From Candidatus Poribacteria bacterium (lineage in GTDB: Bacteria; Poribacteria; WGA-4E; WGA-3G): a stretch of 64,000 nt of DNA. Made by a program: the position numbers and the translations under genes. A model generated the notes under the pieces. The model was not told where the DNA came from. It ran no database searches and worked only from the letters and a program-made list of their open reading frames with translations. The stretch covers positions 64,001 to 128,000 of the forward strand of contig CBDBFU010000009.1 of assembly GCA_965205025.1 (NCBI GenBank), given 5' to 3'. Below, piece by piece: positions 31,318-41,931 of this stretch. The stretch's first letter is position 1, and every line of letters begins with the position of its first letter.

Positions 31318-31672
31318 ATACACATAGGAAGAGGATTAGAAAAATGATACACCAACGAATTTTTAAAGTATTCCAAGGCTGAAGCGCGGGGTAATGATCG
31401 TCCGTCCTTCAATCAATCCCAAAGAAACCATCAGACTATAAAAAAATGAAGAAAACACCCATCAATAACAACTAACATACATATATCACAAAAACAGAAA
31501 ATAATATTAACAATGCTTGTCAAACTGAAATAAAATTGTGCCATATTATAAAGTTCATTTTAATTACAAACTCACATCAATATAAACATATTACGAAAAT
31601 CATATTTTAACTTGACTCATATAATATATTATGTTACTATATTTATCACAATAAAAGCATGTTCTGAAAAGT

Positions 31673-31702
31673 TGTTATGAAACTTTCATAACAGTTATGA
31701 AA
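31673..31702. repeat. TGTTATGAAA inverted/direct repeat cluster
   Basis: TGTTATGAAA-C-TTTCATAACA followed by GTTATGAAA; another copy at 31881. Confidence 0.7.
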
Positions 31703-32052
31703 AGGAAAATCAAAATCTAACACCCTACAAACCTATACCACAACAGGGTTTAGAACACTTAAAACAAAATGAAGTATGAAAATCTAAAAAATATAAAAAA
31801 ATGACGGTTTTTCAGGTATATCTATAAACCCTTTCTGGGACTGATTTTAGACCAGATTTAATTTTGGAATTAAAAAAATGTGTTATGAAAATAAAAACAC
31901 AAGAGTTTACGCAATTTGTAATACGAAGGAAATAAAATGTATATTTGTTGTAAGGGGTCTAATTGTTTTCTATTACCGCAAACATCTTATACAATTTACA
32001 TATATAACCAAACAACAAACATTCCTAAGAATACGTCTAAATTCACCTATAT

Positions 32053-32213
32053 GAAATGTCATATTGAAAAAGGACAACGAAATGAAAAAGGATAAATTTA
32101 GAATTTTTTAATTTTCTAATTTAAAACGCTATGAAGTCAGTCTATGACAGGGGTTACAGGGGAAATTCATGCCAATTTCAATGTTACACCATGTAACGAA
32201 AAGTGTAACTTTT
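32053..32213 (+). repeat. about 160-bp imperfect direct repeat copy 1
   Basis: Core CAGTCTATGACAGGGGTTACAGGGG identical in copy 2; shared AAATGTCA..AAAGGACAA and AAAAGTGTAACTTTT. Confidence 0.85.
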
Positions 32214-32247
32214 GCACTTTGAGCGGATTCATTATAGTGAATTAAGA

Positions 32248-32275
32248 TGAGTACGTTAATGTGAGTACGTTAATG
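32248..32275 (+). repeat. 14-bp tandem duplication TGAGTACGTTAATG x2
   Basis: Read directly from the sequence. Confidence 0.9.
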
Positions 32276-32458
32276 GCATTTTATATTTAGGACTTACACT
32301 ACCCAATGGACAGTCCAACCTATAATGTATTCTTGGATTAACGATAAGGTTAGAACACAAACTAAAAACCAATAACCAAAAACAAATGACTATCCATAAA
32401 AACGATCCTAATTACAAAGTTTCAGATACGTCAAAAAAGCATAGCTTTTTAACCGTTA

Positions 32459-32621
32459 GAAATGTCAAAATCAGAAAGGACAAAAAGAACACAAAATCAC
32501 ACATTTTAGAAATTCTTATAAAGTCAATTCAAAGTGGAGTAAAGCCAGTCTATGACAGGGGTTACAGGGGTAATTTACACCAATCTCAATGTCACACCGT
32601 GTGACAAAAAGTGTAACTTTT
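32459..32621 (+). repeat. about 160-bp imperfect direct repeat copy 2
   Basis: See 32053..32213. Confidence 0.85.
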
Positions 32622-32783
32622 TTCATTTTTTCGAGGCATAGACTCATGCAACGACAACACGATCTACTGTCTGAGATTTAGGATTAAATGTCTGTTTTTA
32701 CACCTTATTTTTTGTCTGTATATTAGGATCAACAATTCCAATTCAGAGGGAAACTGAGTATCTAATGATTAGTCTATTTTTTA

Positions 32784-32845
32784 TTGAGTTTTCTATATCA
32801 AAAATACCGTACTCCAGCGGAGTACTATGTCTATAGAAAACTCAA
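32784..32845. repeat. REP-like nested hairpin
   Basis: 14-bp IR TTGAGTTTTCTATA/TATAGAAAACTCAA enclosing GTACTCC-AGC-GGAGTAC. Confidence 0.65.
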
Positions 32846-33021
32846 CACACAATTAAGTTATAGTATAATTAACGGATGTGATTCACGGAAAATTGGTATA
32901 ATTAAAATTATAAACCCTTATGGAATAAGGGCTCGTAGAATTGCTCCGTGAAGGTTTCCGTGAAAGTGCTATCATCTCAGAAAGCTACATATTAACACTT
33001 TTTCCATTTTCATTAGCCATT

Positions 33022-33126
33022 TATAGTAAAACTTAAAAATAAATACACACTTTCGCCCTCCCACGGTAGGCACGGTTTCTAACCGTGCTGGTGCAAAGTG
33101 TCTCATTAATACTAAGATCCACTATA
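33022..33126. mobile_element. putative 105-bp MITE with internal GTAG-type REP
   Basis: Ends TATAGT...ACTATA; internal GTAG-GCACGGTT-TCT-AACCGTGC hairpin with ACACTTT/AAAGTGT arms. Confidence 0.55.
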
Positions 33127-33240
33127 ATCTCACTTTAAAAGTATAAGTAACATTGTTTGTTAATATGACTCTTGAGATTAATATTGATATCCAGATACAA
33201 TAGCAGCATAATGTTTAGTGACAAAAACTTTACACACCTA

Positions 33241-33470
33241 CAAGATATACTGTATTTGACAATTGACTTATTCTATGCTATTACATAATCAGAAACGTAA
33301 AGTGTTGGAAACGCTTGAGGGAGCATTTAATGCTGCGGGTACTATGATTGTACGGGATGGTTCCAGATGGAAAGGTATTTTTCAACTGGTATTCAACGAT
33401 CAAGAGTTTTTGGAAATAACCGATCGACTAAATGATGATGCGTAATCTACAGAAATTAGCATAGCAACGT
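33241..33470 (+). pseudogene. relic: copy of hicB promoter fused to copy of res 3' end
   Basis: 33241..33293 matches 28061..28106; 33293..33470 matches 31140..31317. Confidence 0.85.
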
Positions 33471-33507
33471 CCAGTCAACCCTTAAATTAACCGAAAAAGG
33501 AAAGACT

Positions 33508-33915
33508 ATGAAATATGTCTATCACAAAGAGGATGCAGAGGTTGTTCGGATTGAAGGTGATGCACCTCGTACACTCTACACACTCATTGAACCTAAAACC
33601 AGAAATACTGAACATTTTGCTATGGGATTAGAGGAAATTGATCCGAATAGTGAAATACCTATGCACGCACATAGCGAAGCAGAAGAGATAATCTTTGTCT
33701 ACGGCGGGGAAGGGAAGGCTTATGTTGATGGTGAAGAAGCGGATTTAAGACCCGGTACCGTCATTTATCTTCCACCGAATGTTGAACATCGGTTTGTTAA
33801 CACAGGGGATGAGCCACTCTGGATTACATGGACACTTTCACCACCGGGATTTGAAAAGCAGATACGAAAAATCGCTGATGGTTCGGCAGGGATGGAGGTA
33901 TTCAGCGAATCCTAA
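33508..33915 (+). CDS. cupin domain protein
   Basis: HAHSEAEEIIFV..GEG, PGTVIYLPPNVEHRF. Confidence 0.9.
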   Translation: MKYVYHKEDAEVVRIEGDAPRTLYTLIEPKTRNTEHFAMGLEEIDPNSEIPMHAHSEAEEIIFVYGGEGKAYVDGEEADLRPGTVIYLPPNVEHRFVNTGDEPLWITWTLSPPGFEKQIRKIADGSAGMEVFSES

Positions 33916-36033
33916 TTAGCTCCTTTCTGATGCACTAATAGATGATGGTGCTACATCGTAATGTGAGAATTCTAACGTAAAAGCGCCACGTCCTTGAGTC
34001 ATAGAACGGAGACGGGTGGTATACTGGAAAGTTTCTGCGAGTGGGATAATAGCATTGATAATGTTATTTGCGTCTTCAGATGTAGTCTCATTAATCTGTG
34101 CTCTACGAGAATTCAGATCCCCGATAACTTTTCCTACATGTTCATCTGGTACAGTAATGTGGATTTGCATTATCGGTTCGAGTAGCAGCGGTTTTGCCTT
34201 CCGAATAGCATTTTCAAATGCAGATACAGCCGCCCCTTCATACGCCACCTCCGAACCATCGGTCGGATGTGTGGAACCACCAGTGAGTGTCACTTTGATA
34301 TCCTGCAGAGCATAACCCATAAGTGCTCCAGTTCCCATTGCGCCTTCAATTGCACCTTCAACAGATGGGAGAAACTGTCGTGGAATTTGCGTTTCATCAG
34401 TTCTATCCTCAAGTTGAAATCCTTCATCGCGTTTCAAAGGTTCCACAGTCAGCACAACATCTCCGTAAATACCTTCTTCCTCAGTTTTATGGATATGTGT
34501 ACCGCGTCCTTCGGCTTTACCACTGATTGTTTCTCGATATGCAACCTGTAATTTACTTACGCGTGCATTCACCCCAAATTCTCGAATCATACGGTCAGTG
34601 AGGATTTCTAAATGCAGTTCTCCCATACCTGAGATAATCCGTTGTCCTGTTTCATTATCAATACCGACTGTGAATGTCGGATCTTCGTCCATGAGTTTTT
34701 CGAGTGTTTCCTCCAACGCATCCGTATCACTTGCACGTTCGGGTTCAATGGCAACAGATATTACCGGTGGTGGGAATTCAATTGACTCTAACAGCAGTGG
34801 ATGTTGAACATCAGATAAAGTATGTCCAGTCTTTGTAGTTCGCATGCCAACAAGTGCAACAATGTCCCCCGCATACGCAGCATCACAACTTGCCTCCTTA
34901 TTTGCGTGCATCTGTAGGATACGATTAACTCGTTCCTGTTTTTCTGTAGCCACATTATAGACAACTTCCCCACGTTTGAGTGTACCAGAATACACCCTAC
35001 AGTAGACCAGTTTATCTACAGTATCATGACTCGCCACCTTGAAGGCTAACGCAGAAAAGGGTTCAGCATCGTCGGCATGGCGTTGTATTATTTCGGAACT
35101 ATCAGAATTATCAGTTGATTTTTTTCGTTTTGAGGATTTTGATTTTGATACTTTCGGTTTTTCACCTTCAATCGGTGGCACATCAACAGGAGAGGGAAGA
35201 AAATTAATAACTGCATCAAGTAGAGGTTGGACACCTTGATTCTTTAGTGAACTTCCACATAGGATCGGAATGATACTCCCATGCAAAGTAGCACTTCGGA
35301 TTCCGGTAACAATTTCTTTATCTGAAATCTCGCTCCCATCAAGATACTTTTCCAATAGGTTATCATTTTCAGATGCAACATTTTCAACAAGAGATTCACG
35401 GGCAGCGTTAGCATCCTCTTCATATTCAGAGGGTATCTCGACTTCTTCAAAAGTCTTACCTTGATCGGTTTCATTCCATTGGATAGCTTTCATAGATATT
35501 AGGTCAACCACACCAGCGAAGTCACGTCCCTCTCCAAGGGGTATCTGCAAAGGTACAGGATTTGTTTCAAACCGATCCTCCATCATCTCAAGGACACGTG
35601 TAAAATTTGCACCTACTCTATCCATTTTATTAACGAATGCAATACGCGGAATCTGGTAACGTTCTGCTTGATTCCACACTGTCTCTGATTGTGGTTCAAC
35701 ACCACCGACAGCACAAAACAAGGCGATAACACCATCTAAAACACGAAGTGACCTTTCTACCTCAACGGTGAAATCAACATGTCCAGGCGTATCAATCAGG
35801 TGAATTGCGTGGTCTTGCCAGAAACAAGTTGTTGCAGCGGCAGTGATTGTAACACCCCGTTCCCGTTCCTGTACCATCCAGTCCATTTCTGCAGTACCCT
35901 CATCAACTGTACCAAGCTTGTGTTTTTTGCCTGTGTAGAAGAGGATGCGTTCAGTTGTCGTTGTTTTACCAGCATCAATATGTGCTGCAATACCTATGTT
36001 ACGTACGTTTTCAATTGGATATTCGCGTGCCAT
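33916..36033 (-). CDS. fusA: elongation factor G paralog
   Basis: [40 protein letters not shown]; likely start MAREYP at 36033. Confidence 0.92.
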   Translation of the reverse strand: MAREYPIENVRNIGIAAHIDAGKTTTTERILFYTGKKHKLGTVDEGTAEMDWMVQERERGVTITAAATTCFWQDHAIHLIDTPGHVDFTVEVERSLRVLDGVIALFCAVGGVEPQSETVWNQAERYQIPRIAFVNKMDRVGANFTRVLEMMEDRFETNPVPLQIPLGEGRDFAGVVDLISMKAIQWNETDQGKTFEEVEIPSEYEEDANAARESLVENVASENDNLLEKYLDGSEISDKEIVTGIRSATLHGSIIPILCGSSLKNQGVQPLLDAVINFLPSPVDVPPIEGEKPKVSKSKSSKRKKSTDNSDSSEIIQRHADDAEPFSALAFKVASHDTVDKLVYCRVYSGTLKRGEVVYNVATEKQERVNRILQMHANKEASCDAAYAGDIVALVGMRTTKTGHTLSDVQHPLLLESIEFPPPVISVAIEPERASDTDALEETLEKLMDEDPTFTVGIDNETGQRIISGMGELHLEILTDRMIREFGVNARVSKLQVAYRETISGKAEGRGTHIHKTEEEGIYGDVVLTVEPLKRDEGFQLEDRTDETQIPRQFLPSVEGAIEGAMGTGALMGYALQDIKVTLTGGSTHPTDGSEVAYEGAAVSAFENAIRKAKPLLLEPIMQIHITVPDEHVGKVIGDLNSRRAQINETTSEDANNIINAIIPLAETFQYTTRLRSMTQGRGAFTLEFSHYDVAPSSISASERS

Positions 36034-36061
36034 CTTTTCGTTAAACCTTAGTATTTTATTA

Positions 36062-37063
36062 TCACATCCCATTGTTCCACTGAAGAACCACTCCAAGTAA
36101 TCCAGGATTCCATTCCATAAGCAGTTGATATGCCTTTGGTGCATCCTGTCCAGAAAAACGGTGACTAATCAAGGGGGTCACATTGAAACGTTTTTGACTG
36201 ATAAGGGATATCATCAACCGACAATCATCTTCACTTGTCCAAAAATTCGGTGATGATTCTTGGCGTGGACGAATGGAGTTATGTGCACCATATAGAATAA
36301 GACCTTTTTTATGAACATCCCGATAAAAATTGACATTCGGTGTCTCACCGCGTGTACTTGCCAAGAGCACAAGTCTCGCACCCCAACCCGCTGCATGTAA
36401 TGCGGTTGTAATAGCATCTGGATGTCCAGTTGCCTCAATTACAACCGTAGGACCTTTTTTCATGGTGGCAGCGGCTAACTGATCTGAGAAGTCATTATCT
36501 TCAGGATTGAAGGTATAATCTGCACCGATTTCTTTAGATAATTCAAGCCTACTATCGGTTAAATCGGCAGCAATCACTGGCACTGCCCCACTCAGTTTAG
36601 AAAGCTGCAAGGCAAGTAAACCAATCAATCCTTGTCCAATAACTAATGTAGATTCACCTAATTCAATCCGTGCTTTTCGAACACCTTGCAAGGCTATAGC
36701 ACTAAGATTGTAAAAGACAACTTCTTCTGCAGATACATCAGTTGATTCTACCTTGAGTAAACGTCCCGGATTGGCAGTAAAATGACTCGTATGTCCATGG
36801 GTTGAGGCAAAACGTTTACCCAACAAATCTTGGTTCACATTTTTCCCAACCTCTATGACCTTACCAATATTACTATAGCCGGGACGGGAAGGATATGCAC
36901 CCCGTGCGTTTGGTAGTCCTAATAAGAATGCACGTTCTGTCCCAGGACTAATAAGTGTACATTCACTTGCCACCAAGACTTCATCATCTGGAATTGTTTG
37001 CAGTTCAAATTCTTCAATGTCAACATTGGCACGACTCGGCCAAATAACCCGTTGCCCTTTCAT
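36062..37063 (-). CDS. MDR-family (zinc-binding type) dehydrogenase
   Basis: LISPGTE, PGYS..G, GQGLIG Rossmann motif, IEATG. Confidence 0.85.
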   Translation of the reverse strand: MKGQRVIWPSRANVDIEEFELQTIPDDEVLVASECTLISPGTERAFLLGLPNARGAYPSRPGYSNIGKVIEVGKNVNQDLLGKRFASTHGHTSHFTANPGRLLKVESTDVSAEEVVFYNLSAIALQGVRKARIELGESTLVIGQGLIGLLALQLSKLSGAVPVIAADLTDSRLELSKEIGADYTFNPEDNDFSDQLAAATMKKGPTVVIEATGHPDAITTALHAAGWGARLVLLASTRGETPNVNFYRDVHKKGLILYGAHNSIRPRQESSPNFWTSEDDCRLMISLISQKRFNVTPLISHRFSGQDAPKAYQLLMEWNPGLLGVVLQWNNGM

Positions 37064-37221
37064 CAAACATAACCTCTTAAAAGATGAAGGATAGCATTTT
37101 TTGAAGTATATCACAAAAAACGCTATCCCTCAAGTTTTATAATTATTGCAAGCCGAGAATGTTAGACCTAATCTAAACACTAAATTGTCGGTGTCAATGA
37201 TATGTGAAGGATTTCACTGTA

Positions 37222-38838
37222 TTAACGATTATCTTCATTCAAATCAGAATTAATCTTCAGTGTCAGATAATTCACACGACCACTTGGATCTTTAACGTAT
37301 ACCAGTGCCAAATCTTCACCTTTTTCTTCTAATTCTTTGACAACTTTCTTGTAGTCTCTCAGATTCTCAATAGTAACATAATCTATTTCTTTTATGAGAT
37401 GTCCTACTTGAATACCATTATCTGCTGCTGGACTATCTGGCTCAACGTCTACGACAATAACACCTTTTTCGTTATTATAAGCATATCGTCTTGCCAATTC
37501 AGGTGTTAATTCCTGTGTCTGCATTCCAGCAAATTCTTCAGATTCTGGTAGCTCTTCAGGTTCAATCATTTCAGGTTCAGATTCATTAGGACTTAGACTT
37601 GCCATGGCTTCTTCAGTTCGTTGTATCAATTTAGCGGTGAGTTGCTTCACTTTTCCGTTTCGTAGGACTTTAATCTTAACGGATGTACCGACAGGGGTCT
37701 CCGCAATAGTAAACATCAAGTCAGATGACCCTATAACAGGTTTGCCATTAAATTCAACGATGACATCCCCGTGTCTAATTCCGCCTTTTTCTGCTGGACT
37801 ATCCCGTCCAACTGCCTTTACAAATACACCTTGTGTGGAGTCCAATTCCAGTTTATCTGCTAATGCATGAGAAACCGTTTCCATGCGGATTCCAAGCCAA
37901 CCGCGTACAATTTCTCCATTTTCAATTAGTTGTGGAAGAAGAGCATTTGCTGTATTGCTTGGTATAGCGAAACCGATCCCGATATTGCCAGTGTTAAGTC
38001 CAGCAGTAGCAATCAATGTATTTATACCGACCAACTCACCCCGAATATTAATCAGTGCACCACCACTGTTACCACGATTAATTGGCGTATCGGTTTGTAT
38101 GAAATTTCCATACTGAATACTTCTAAACCGTTGACTTCTATTCTTGGCACTAACAATACCACGAGTCACAGATTGGGAGAAGTTTAAAGGGGTTCCAATA
38201 GCAATCACCCACTCTCCTACCTCAAGAGCATCAGAATCACCAAATGGAAGAGCTGGGAGTCCTTCAGCATCAATTTTGAGTACCGCTAAATCGGTACCAC
38301 TTACTTCTGTGTTCCCAGGGTCTTGTCCGATTAATTCTGCAACATACACTTTTCCATTTGGTAAAGTCACTTTGATTTCATTTGCATTATCAATAACGTG
38401 GTTATTTGTTAATATATAACCATCTTCACTGACAATTACGCCTGAACCCACTCCTTGGCTTCGTCTATAAGGTGGTACTTCTTCAGGTGCTGGTATTTCA
38501 TCTGGAAAACGAAACCCGAACCATTCTTCAAGTAATCGTCTACGTGCTAATTCTCTTTCCAATCTGGAATTTGCATCTCTTCTTATCCTGACTCTTGTAT
38601 TGATCTGAACAATAGAGTTCCTTGTTCTCGATACTAAATCTATAAACGCACGATTGGCACGTTCTAAATATTGAAAATCCTGAGATTCTGTGTATTCTGT
38701 ATTGGTTTCACCAATGGCTGTTAGTACTACAAACTCATCTGTACCATTACTTATCACAAGACCTGCCACAACGAAAAGTCCAGCTAATATTAGAAAAATT
38801 GCTGTGCGTTTGTATAGTTTGTTGCTTATATTTAACAT
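37222..38838 (-). CDS. HtrA/DegP (Do) serine protease with two PDZ domains
   Basis: GSGVIVS, TNNHV, DLAVLKI, GNSGGAL, RGWLGI. Confidence 0.93.
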   Translation of the reverse strand: MLNISNKLYKRTAIFLILAGLFVVAGLVISNGTDEFVVLTAIGETNTEYTESQDFQYLERANRAFIDLVSRTRNSIVQINTRVRIRRDANSRLERELARRRLLEEWFGFRFPDEIPAPEEVPPYRRSQGVGSGVIVSEDGYILTNNHVIDNANEIKVTLPNGKVYVAELIGQDPGNTEVSGTDLAVLKIDAEGLPALPFGDSDALEVGEWVIAIGTPLNFSQSVTRGIVSAKNRSQRFRSIQYGNFIQTDTPINRGNSGGALINIRGELVGINTLIATAGLNTGNIGIGFAIPSNTANALLPQLIENGEIVRGWLGIRMETVSHALADKLELDSTQGVFVKAVGRDSPAEKGGIRHGDVIVEFNGKPVIGSSDLMFTIAETPVGTSVKIKVLRNGKVKQLTAKLIQRTEEAMASLSPNESEPEMIEPEELPESEEFAGMQTQELTPELARRYAYNNEKGVIVVDVEPDSPAADNGIQVGHLIKEIDYVTIENLRDYKKVVKELEEKGEDLALVYVKDPSGRVNYLTLKINSDLNEDNR

Positions 38839-38951
38839 GGTATTCTATCTCCTGACTAATTTGGTTATCCGTTATTTTCTATAATATTCATGGTATTAAA
38901 CAAAAAACACACCTATTAAGAAATAAAGTTCCAGAAAAAGTTCGAAATAGG

Positions 38952-39302
38952 TTATCCTCCTTGCGAGATTCTTTCAACGTGTTCACGAACAATATGTTCT
39001 GGACATAATTTAATAAATAACCATGATCCTGGGACAAGAATCAAGAAAGCACCAATAACAAGATCATCAATTCGTCCAATGATTGGTAAAAAATCACCAT
39101 CAAATGGATATATAAGGTAGATAATCGCAAAAACACCTGCAAGTATTTCCGCAATTACTAATATCGCTTTCCTATAAATAGGTACACGTTCGTCACGGAA
39201 TAACCGAAATGTCAATCTTATGAAATTTGGGAAATGGACTAAGTATCGTATAAGACGAAATATACCTCGTCCTTTACCACCGAAGAAAAAAGGATTTATC
39301 AT
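38952..39302 (-). CDS. DUF1232/YkvA-like membrane protein
   Basis: RLFRDERVP..K, YLIYPFD.DFLPIIGRIDDL. Confidence 0.75.
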   Translation of the reverse strand: MINPFFFGGKGRGIFRLIRYLVHFPNFIRLTFRLFRDERVPIYRKAILVIAEILAGVFAIIYLIYPFDGDFLPIIGRIDDLVIGAFLILVPGSWLFIKLCPEHIVREHVERISQGG

Positions 39303-39500
39303 ACAGTAATTGTATCAAAAAAAGGACGTATTGTCCAAATCATTTCGGAGTTAATTGCTATCTGACTGAATTAATATTATTCTTTAGAATTTGGAAATTC
39401 CGAGAAAATCACATCTATATCATATAATCCTTGACACCCACTATATCCTTTATATAAACTATCCTACGAACAGTATTTTGATCTTATTTAAGGAGAAAAT

Positions 39501-40265
39501 ATGGCAACACAACTTGCTGCACAACTTTATACGGTACGAGAATTCACAAAAACCGAGGATGATATTGCTGAAACCATGAACAAAGTCCGACAACTCGGTT
39601 ATGAGGCTGTTCAGTGTTCGGCACTTGGACCTATAGAACCAGAAGCATTAAAGAAAATAATTGACAATGAAGGTATAACAATCTGTGCAACACACACAAG
39701 TTATGCCCGGATGCGGGATGAACCACAAGCTGTCATTGATGAACATCAATTATGGGGATGTAAACACGCAGCGATTGGTGGACTTCCTGGTGAATATCGT
39801 ACCACAGAAGGTTACGCTAAATTTGCAAAAGAAGCATCAGAGGTTGGGGCTCGATTAGCTGAAGGAGGGTTGACATTCTCCTACCATAATCACAGTTTTG
39901 AATTAGAACAGTATGAAGGTCGTACTGGACTTCAAATATTATATGAAGAAAGCGATCCTAAGTATTTTAACAGTGAAATTGACACATATTGGATTCAACA
40001 TGGTGGGGGTGATCCTGCTGAGTGGATACGAAAATTGAAAGGGCGTGCACATATTGTTCATCTCAAGGACATGGTGGTCAAAGAGAATTCTCAACGATAT
40101 GCAGAGGTGGGTGAAGGCAACCTAAATTGGACAGCTATCTTAGATGCTTGTGAATATGCTGGGGTGGAATGGTATATTGTGGAACAGGATTCGTGTTATG
40201 AGCGAGATCCTTTTGAAAGTTTAGGTATCAGTTTTAGGAATTTAAAGGAAATGGGGCTTTCTTAG
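39501..40265 (+). CDS. sugar-phosphate isomerase/epimerase (xylose isomerase-like TIM barrel)
   Basis: QLYTVR, YHNHSFE, EIDTYW, HLKD, EVGEG, IVEQD. Confidence 0.9.
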   Translation: MATQLAAQLYTVREFTKTEDDIAETMNKVRQLGYEAVQCSALGPIEPEALKKIIDNEGITICATHTSYARMRDEPQAVIDEHQLWGCKHAAIGGLPGEYRTTEGYAKFAKEASEVGARLAEGGLTFSYHNHSFELEQYEGRTGLQILYEESDPKYFNSEIDTYWIQHGGGDPAEWIRKLKGRAHIVHLKDMVVKENSQRYAEVGEGNLNWTAILDACEYAGVEWYIVEQDSCYERDPFESLGISFRNLKEMGLS

Positions 40266-40287
40266 TCATAACACCTGAAAACAGAAT

Positions 40288-40331
40288 AAACTTGGCAGAA
40301 CATTCACCTAATGATGTTCTGTCAAGTTTTA
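40288..40331 (+). terminator. intrinsic terminator
   Basis: AAACTTGGCAGAACAT...ATGTTCTGTCAAGTTTT hairpin after the stop codon. Confidence 0.65.
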
Positions 40332-40382
40332 TAAAGAGTATGACAATTGCTTTATATAGCCAACCGAAGTTCATGATTATTC

Positions 40383-40411
40383 TTGACTTTTAGACATAAT
40401 TGTGATACTAT
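40383..40411 (+). promoter_or_regulatory. sigma70 promoter of tRNA-Pro/hom
   Basis: TTGACT-N17-TACTAT with extended TG, 24 nt before the tRNA. Confidence 0.65.
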
Positions 40412-40435
40412 ATTTTGGTAATTCGATAAATTATA

Positions 40436-40509
40436 CGGGGCGTGGCGCAGCCCGGAAGCGCGCTTGAATGGGGTTCAAGAGGTCGCTGGTTCGAATCCAG
40501 TCGCCCCGA
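40436..40509 (+). tRNA. tRNA-Pro(GGG), CCA not encoded
   Basis: Acceptor CGGGGCG/CGCCCCG, anticodon arm CTTGA-ATGGGGT-TCAAG, T-loop GGTTCGAATCC. Confidence 0.95.
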
Positions 40510-40591
40510 TTCACGGGTATTTTGGTACATTGATCTGTTACCACTTACCCGGTTTAATTTGTGATAACGCAAAAATAAGGCAGCAACAGAC

Positions 40592-41914
40592 GTGGATAAA
40601 TCGTGTATCAATGTTGGTATATTAGGTTGGGGAACAGTTGGCACTGGTGTCTCAAAGATTCTGATTAATCAGAATGCTCTTATCTCCAAGAACAGTGGTG
40701 TAGAACTATCCTTAGAAAAAGTGGTAAAAAGGTCACTCCCGGCAACCAGAGAAGGGATCGAACTTCCCCCTGACTGTCTAACTACAGATCCTTCTGAAGT
40801 TGTTGATAATCCAGATATTGATATTGTCGTTGAATTGATCGGTGGTGTATCTGAAGCACATTCCCTTATTACTCGTGCAATAGAAAATGGCAAGCATGTT
40901 GTTACAGCCAACAAGGCACTATTAGCTGAACATGGGGGTGAGTTATTCCAATTAGCACAGAAACATCAGGTAAGTCTTAATTTTGAGGCAAGTACTGCTG
41001 GTGGTATCCCTATCATAAAAACCCTGCAAGAGAGTTTCACTGCGAATCAGATTGAATCTCTCTATGGAATAGTCAACGGCACCTGTAACTATATTCTGAC
41101 AGAAATGAATGAGCATGGTGTGGACTTTTCTGATGTACTCGCTGAAGCTCAAGAAAAAGGATATGCGGAAGCTGATCCTACGCTTGATGTTGAAGGAATT
41201 GATGCTGCACAGAAACTCTCACTTCTCATTGCTCTTGCTTATGGTGTAAATCTGTCAATTGACCAATTCCATGTTGAAGGAATAACAGACATATCCCAAA
41301 AAGAGATACAGTATGCTCGTGAACTTGGGTATGTTGTCAAACTAATCGCTATTGCGAAGTTAACAGACGATAATCGCGTGGAAGCACGGGTACATCCTAC
41401 GCTTGTCCCTGAACGGAGTTTATTGGCAAATGTCGGTGGTGCCTACAACGCTGTATGTGTTATCGGTTCGGCAGTTGGCCCTACACTTTTTTATGGACAG
41501 GGTGCAGGGGAAATGCCTACCGCCAGTGCTGTAGTGGCGGATATTATTGATGCTGCAAAGTCTGTGAAGAATGGGATCTACCCAGTTATTTCTCATGCGT
41601 GGTTTCCTGATGTTCCTGCTGAAGTTACAGTCTGCCCGATTGACGATATTCATACACGCTACTATCTACGTTTTGTAGTGATTGATCAACCAGGAGTGTT
41701 AGCGAAAATTGGTAATATATTAGGAGATAATGACATCAGTATTGCCTCTGTGATACAAAAAGAACCTCATGATACCGAAACAGTATCCCTTATGATGTTG
41801 ACACATAAAGCTCTTGAGAAAAACATGACGGCAGCACTTGATGAAATATTAAAGTTGGAAGTTGTCAAGGGTGGTGCGAAACTTATTAGAATTGAAGAAG
41901 AAGTTGACTTCTAA
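40592..41914 (+). CDS. hom: homoserine dehydrogenase with ACT domain
   Basis: G.GTVG, VVTANK, FEAS.AGGIP, GYAEADPT.DVEG, DQPGVL. Confidence 0.95.
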   Translation: MDKSCINVGILGWGTVGTGVSKILINQNALISKNSGVELSLEKVVKRSLPATREGIELPPDCLTTDPSEVVDNPDIDIVVELIGGVSEAHSLITRAIENGKHVVTANKALLAEHGGELFQLAQKHQVSLNFEASTAGGIPIIKTLQESFTANQIESLYGIVNGTCNYILTEMNEHGVDFSDVLAEAQEKGYAEADPTLDVEGIDAAQKLSLLIALAYGVNLSIDQFHVEGITDISQKEIQYARELGYVVKLIAIAKLTDDNRVEARVHPTLVPERSLLANVGGAYNAVCVIGSAVGPTLFYGQGAGEMPTASAVVADIIDAAKSVKNGIYPVISHAWFPDVPAEVTVCPIDDIHTRYYLRFVVIDQPGVLAKIGNILGDNDISIASVIQKEPHDTETVSLMMLTHKALEKNMTAALDEILKLEVVKGGAKLIRIEEEVDF

Positions 41915-41931
41915 ATTCAACCAGAAAAACG

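Noticed and set aside
32386-32604. 72-aa ORF within repeat copy 2
   Set aside because: Reading frame is not preserved in repeat copy 1, and no motif was recognised.
31293-33260. CRISPR array in the AT-rich island
   Set aside because: No run of identical 23-47 bp repeats with regular spacers, and no cas genes in the window.
33263-33445. 60-aa ORF as an independent gene
   Set aside because: It is the duplicated res 3' end with a fortuitous start inside the promoter copy.
31140-33470. DGR template/variable repeat pair
   Set aside because: Differences are not adenine-specific, several are synonymous, and there is no reverse transcriptase gene.
40436-40509. tRNA-Pro as an island integration site
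   Set aside because: Flanked by housekeeping genes; I saw no duplicated tRNA 3' end or integrase.
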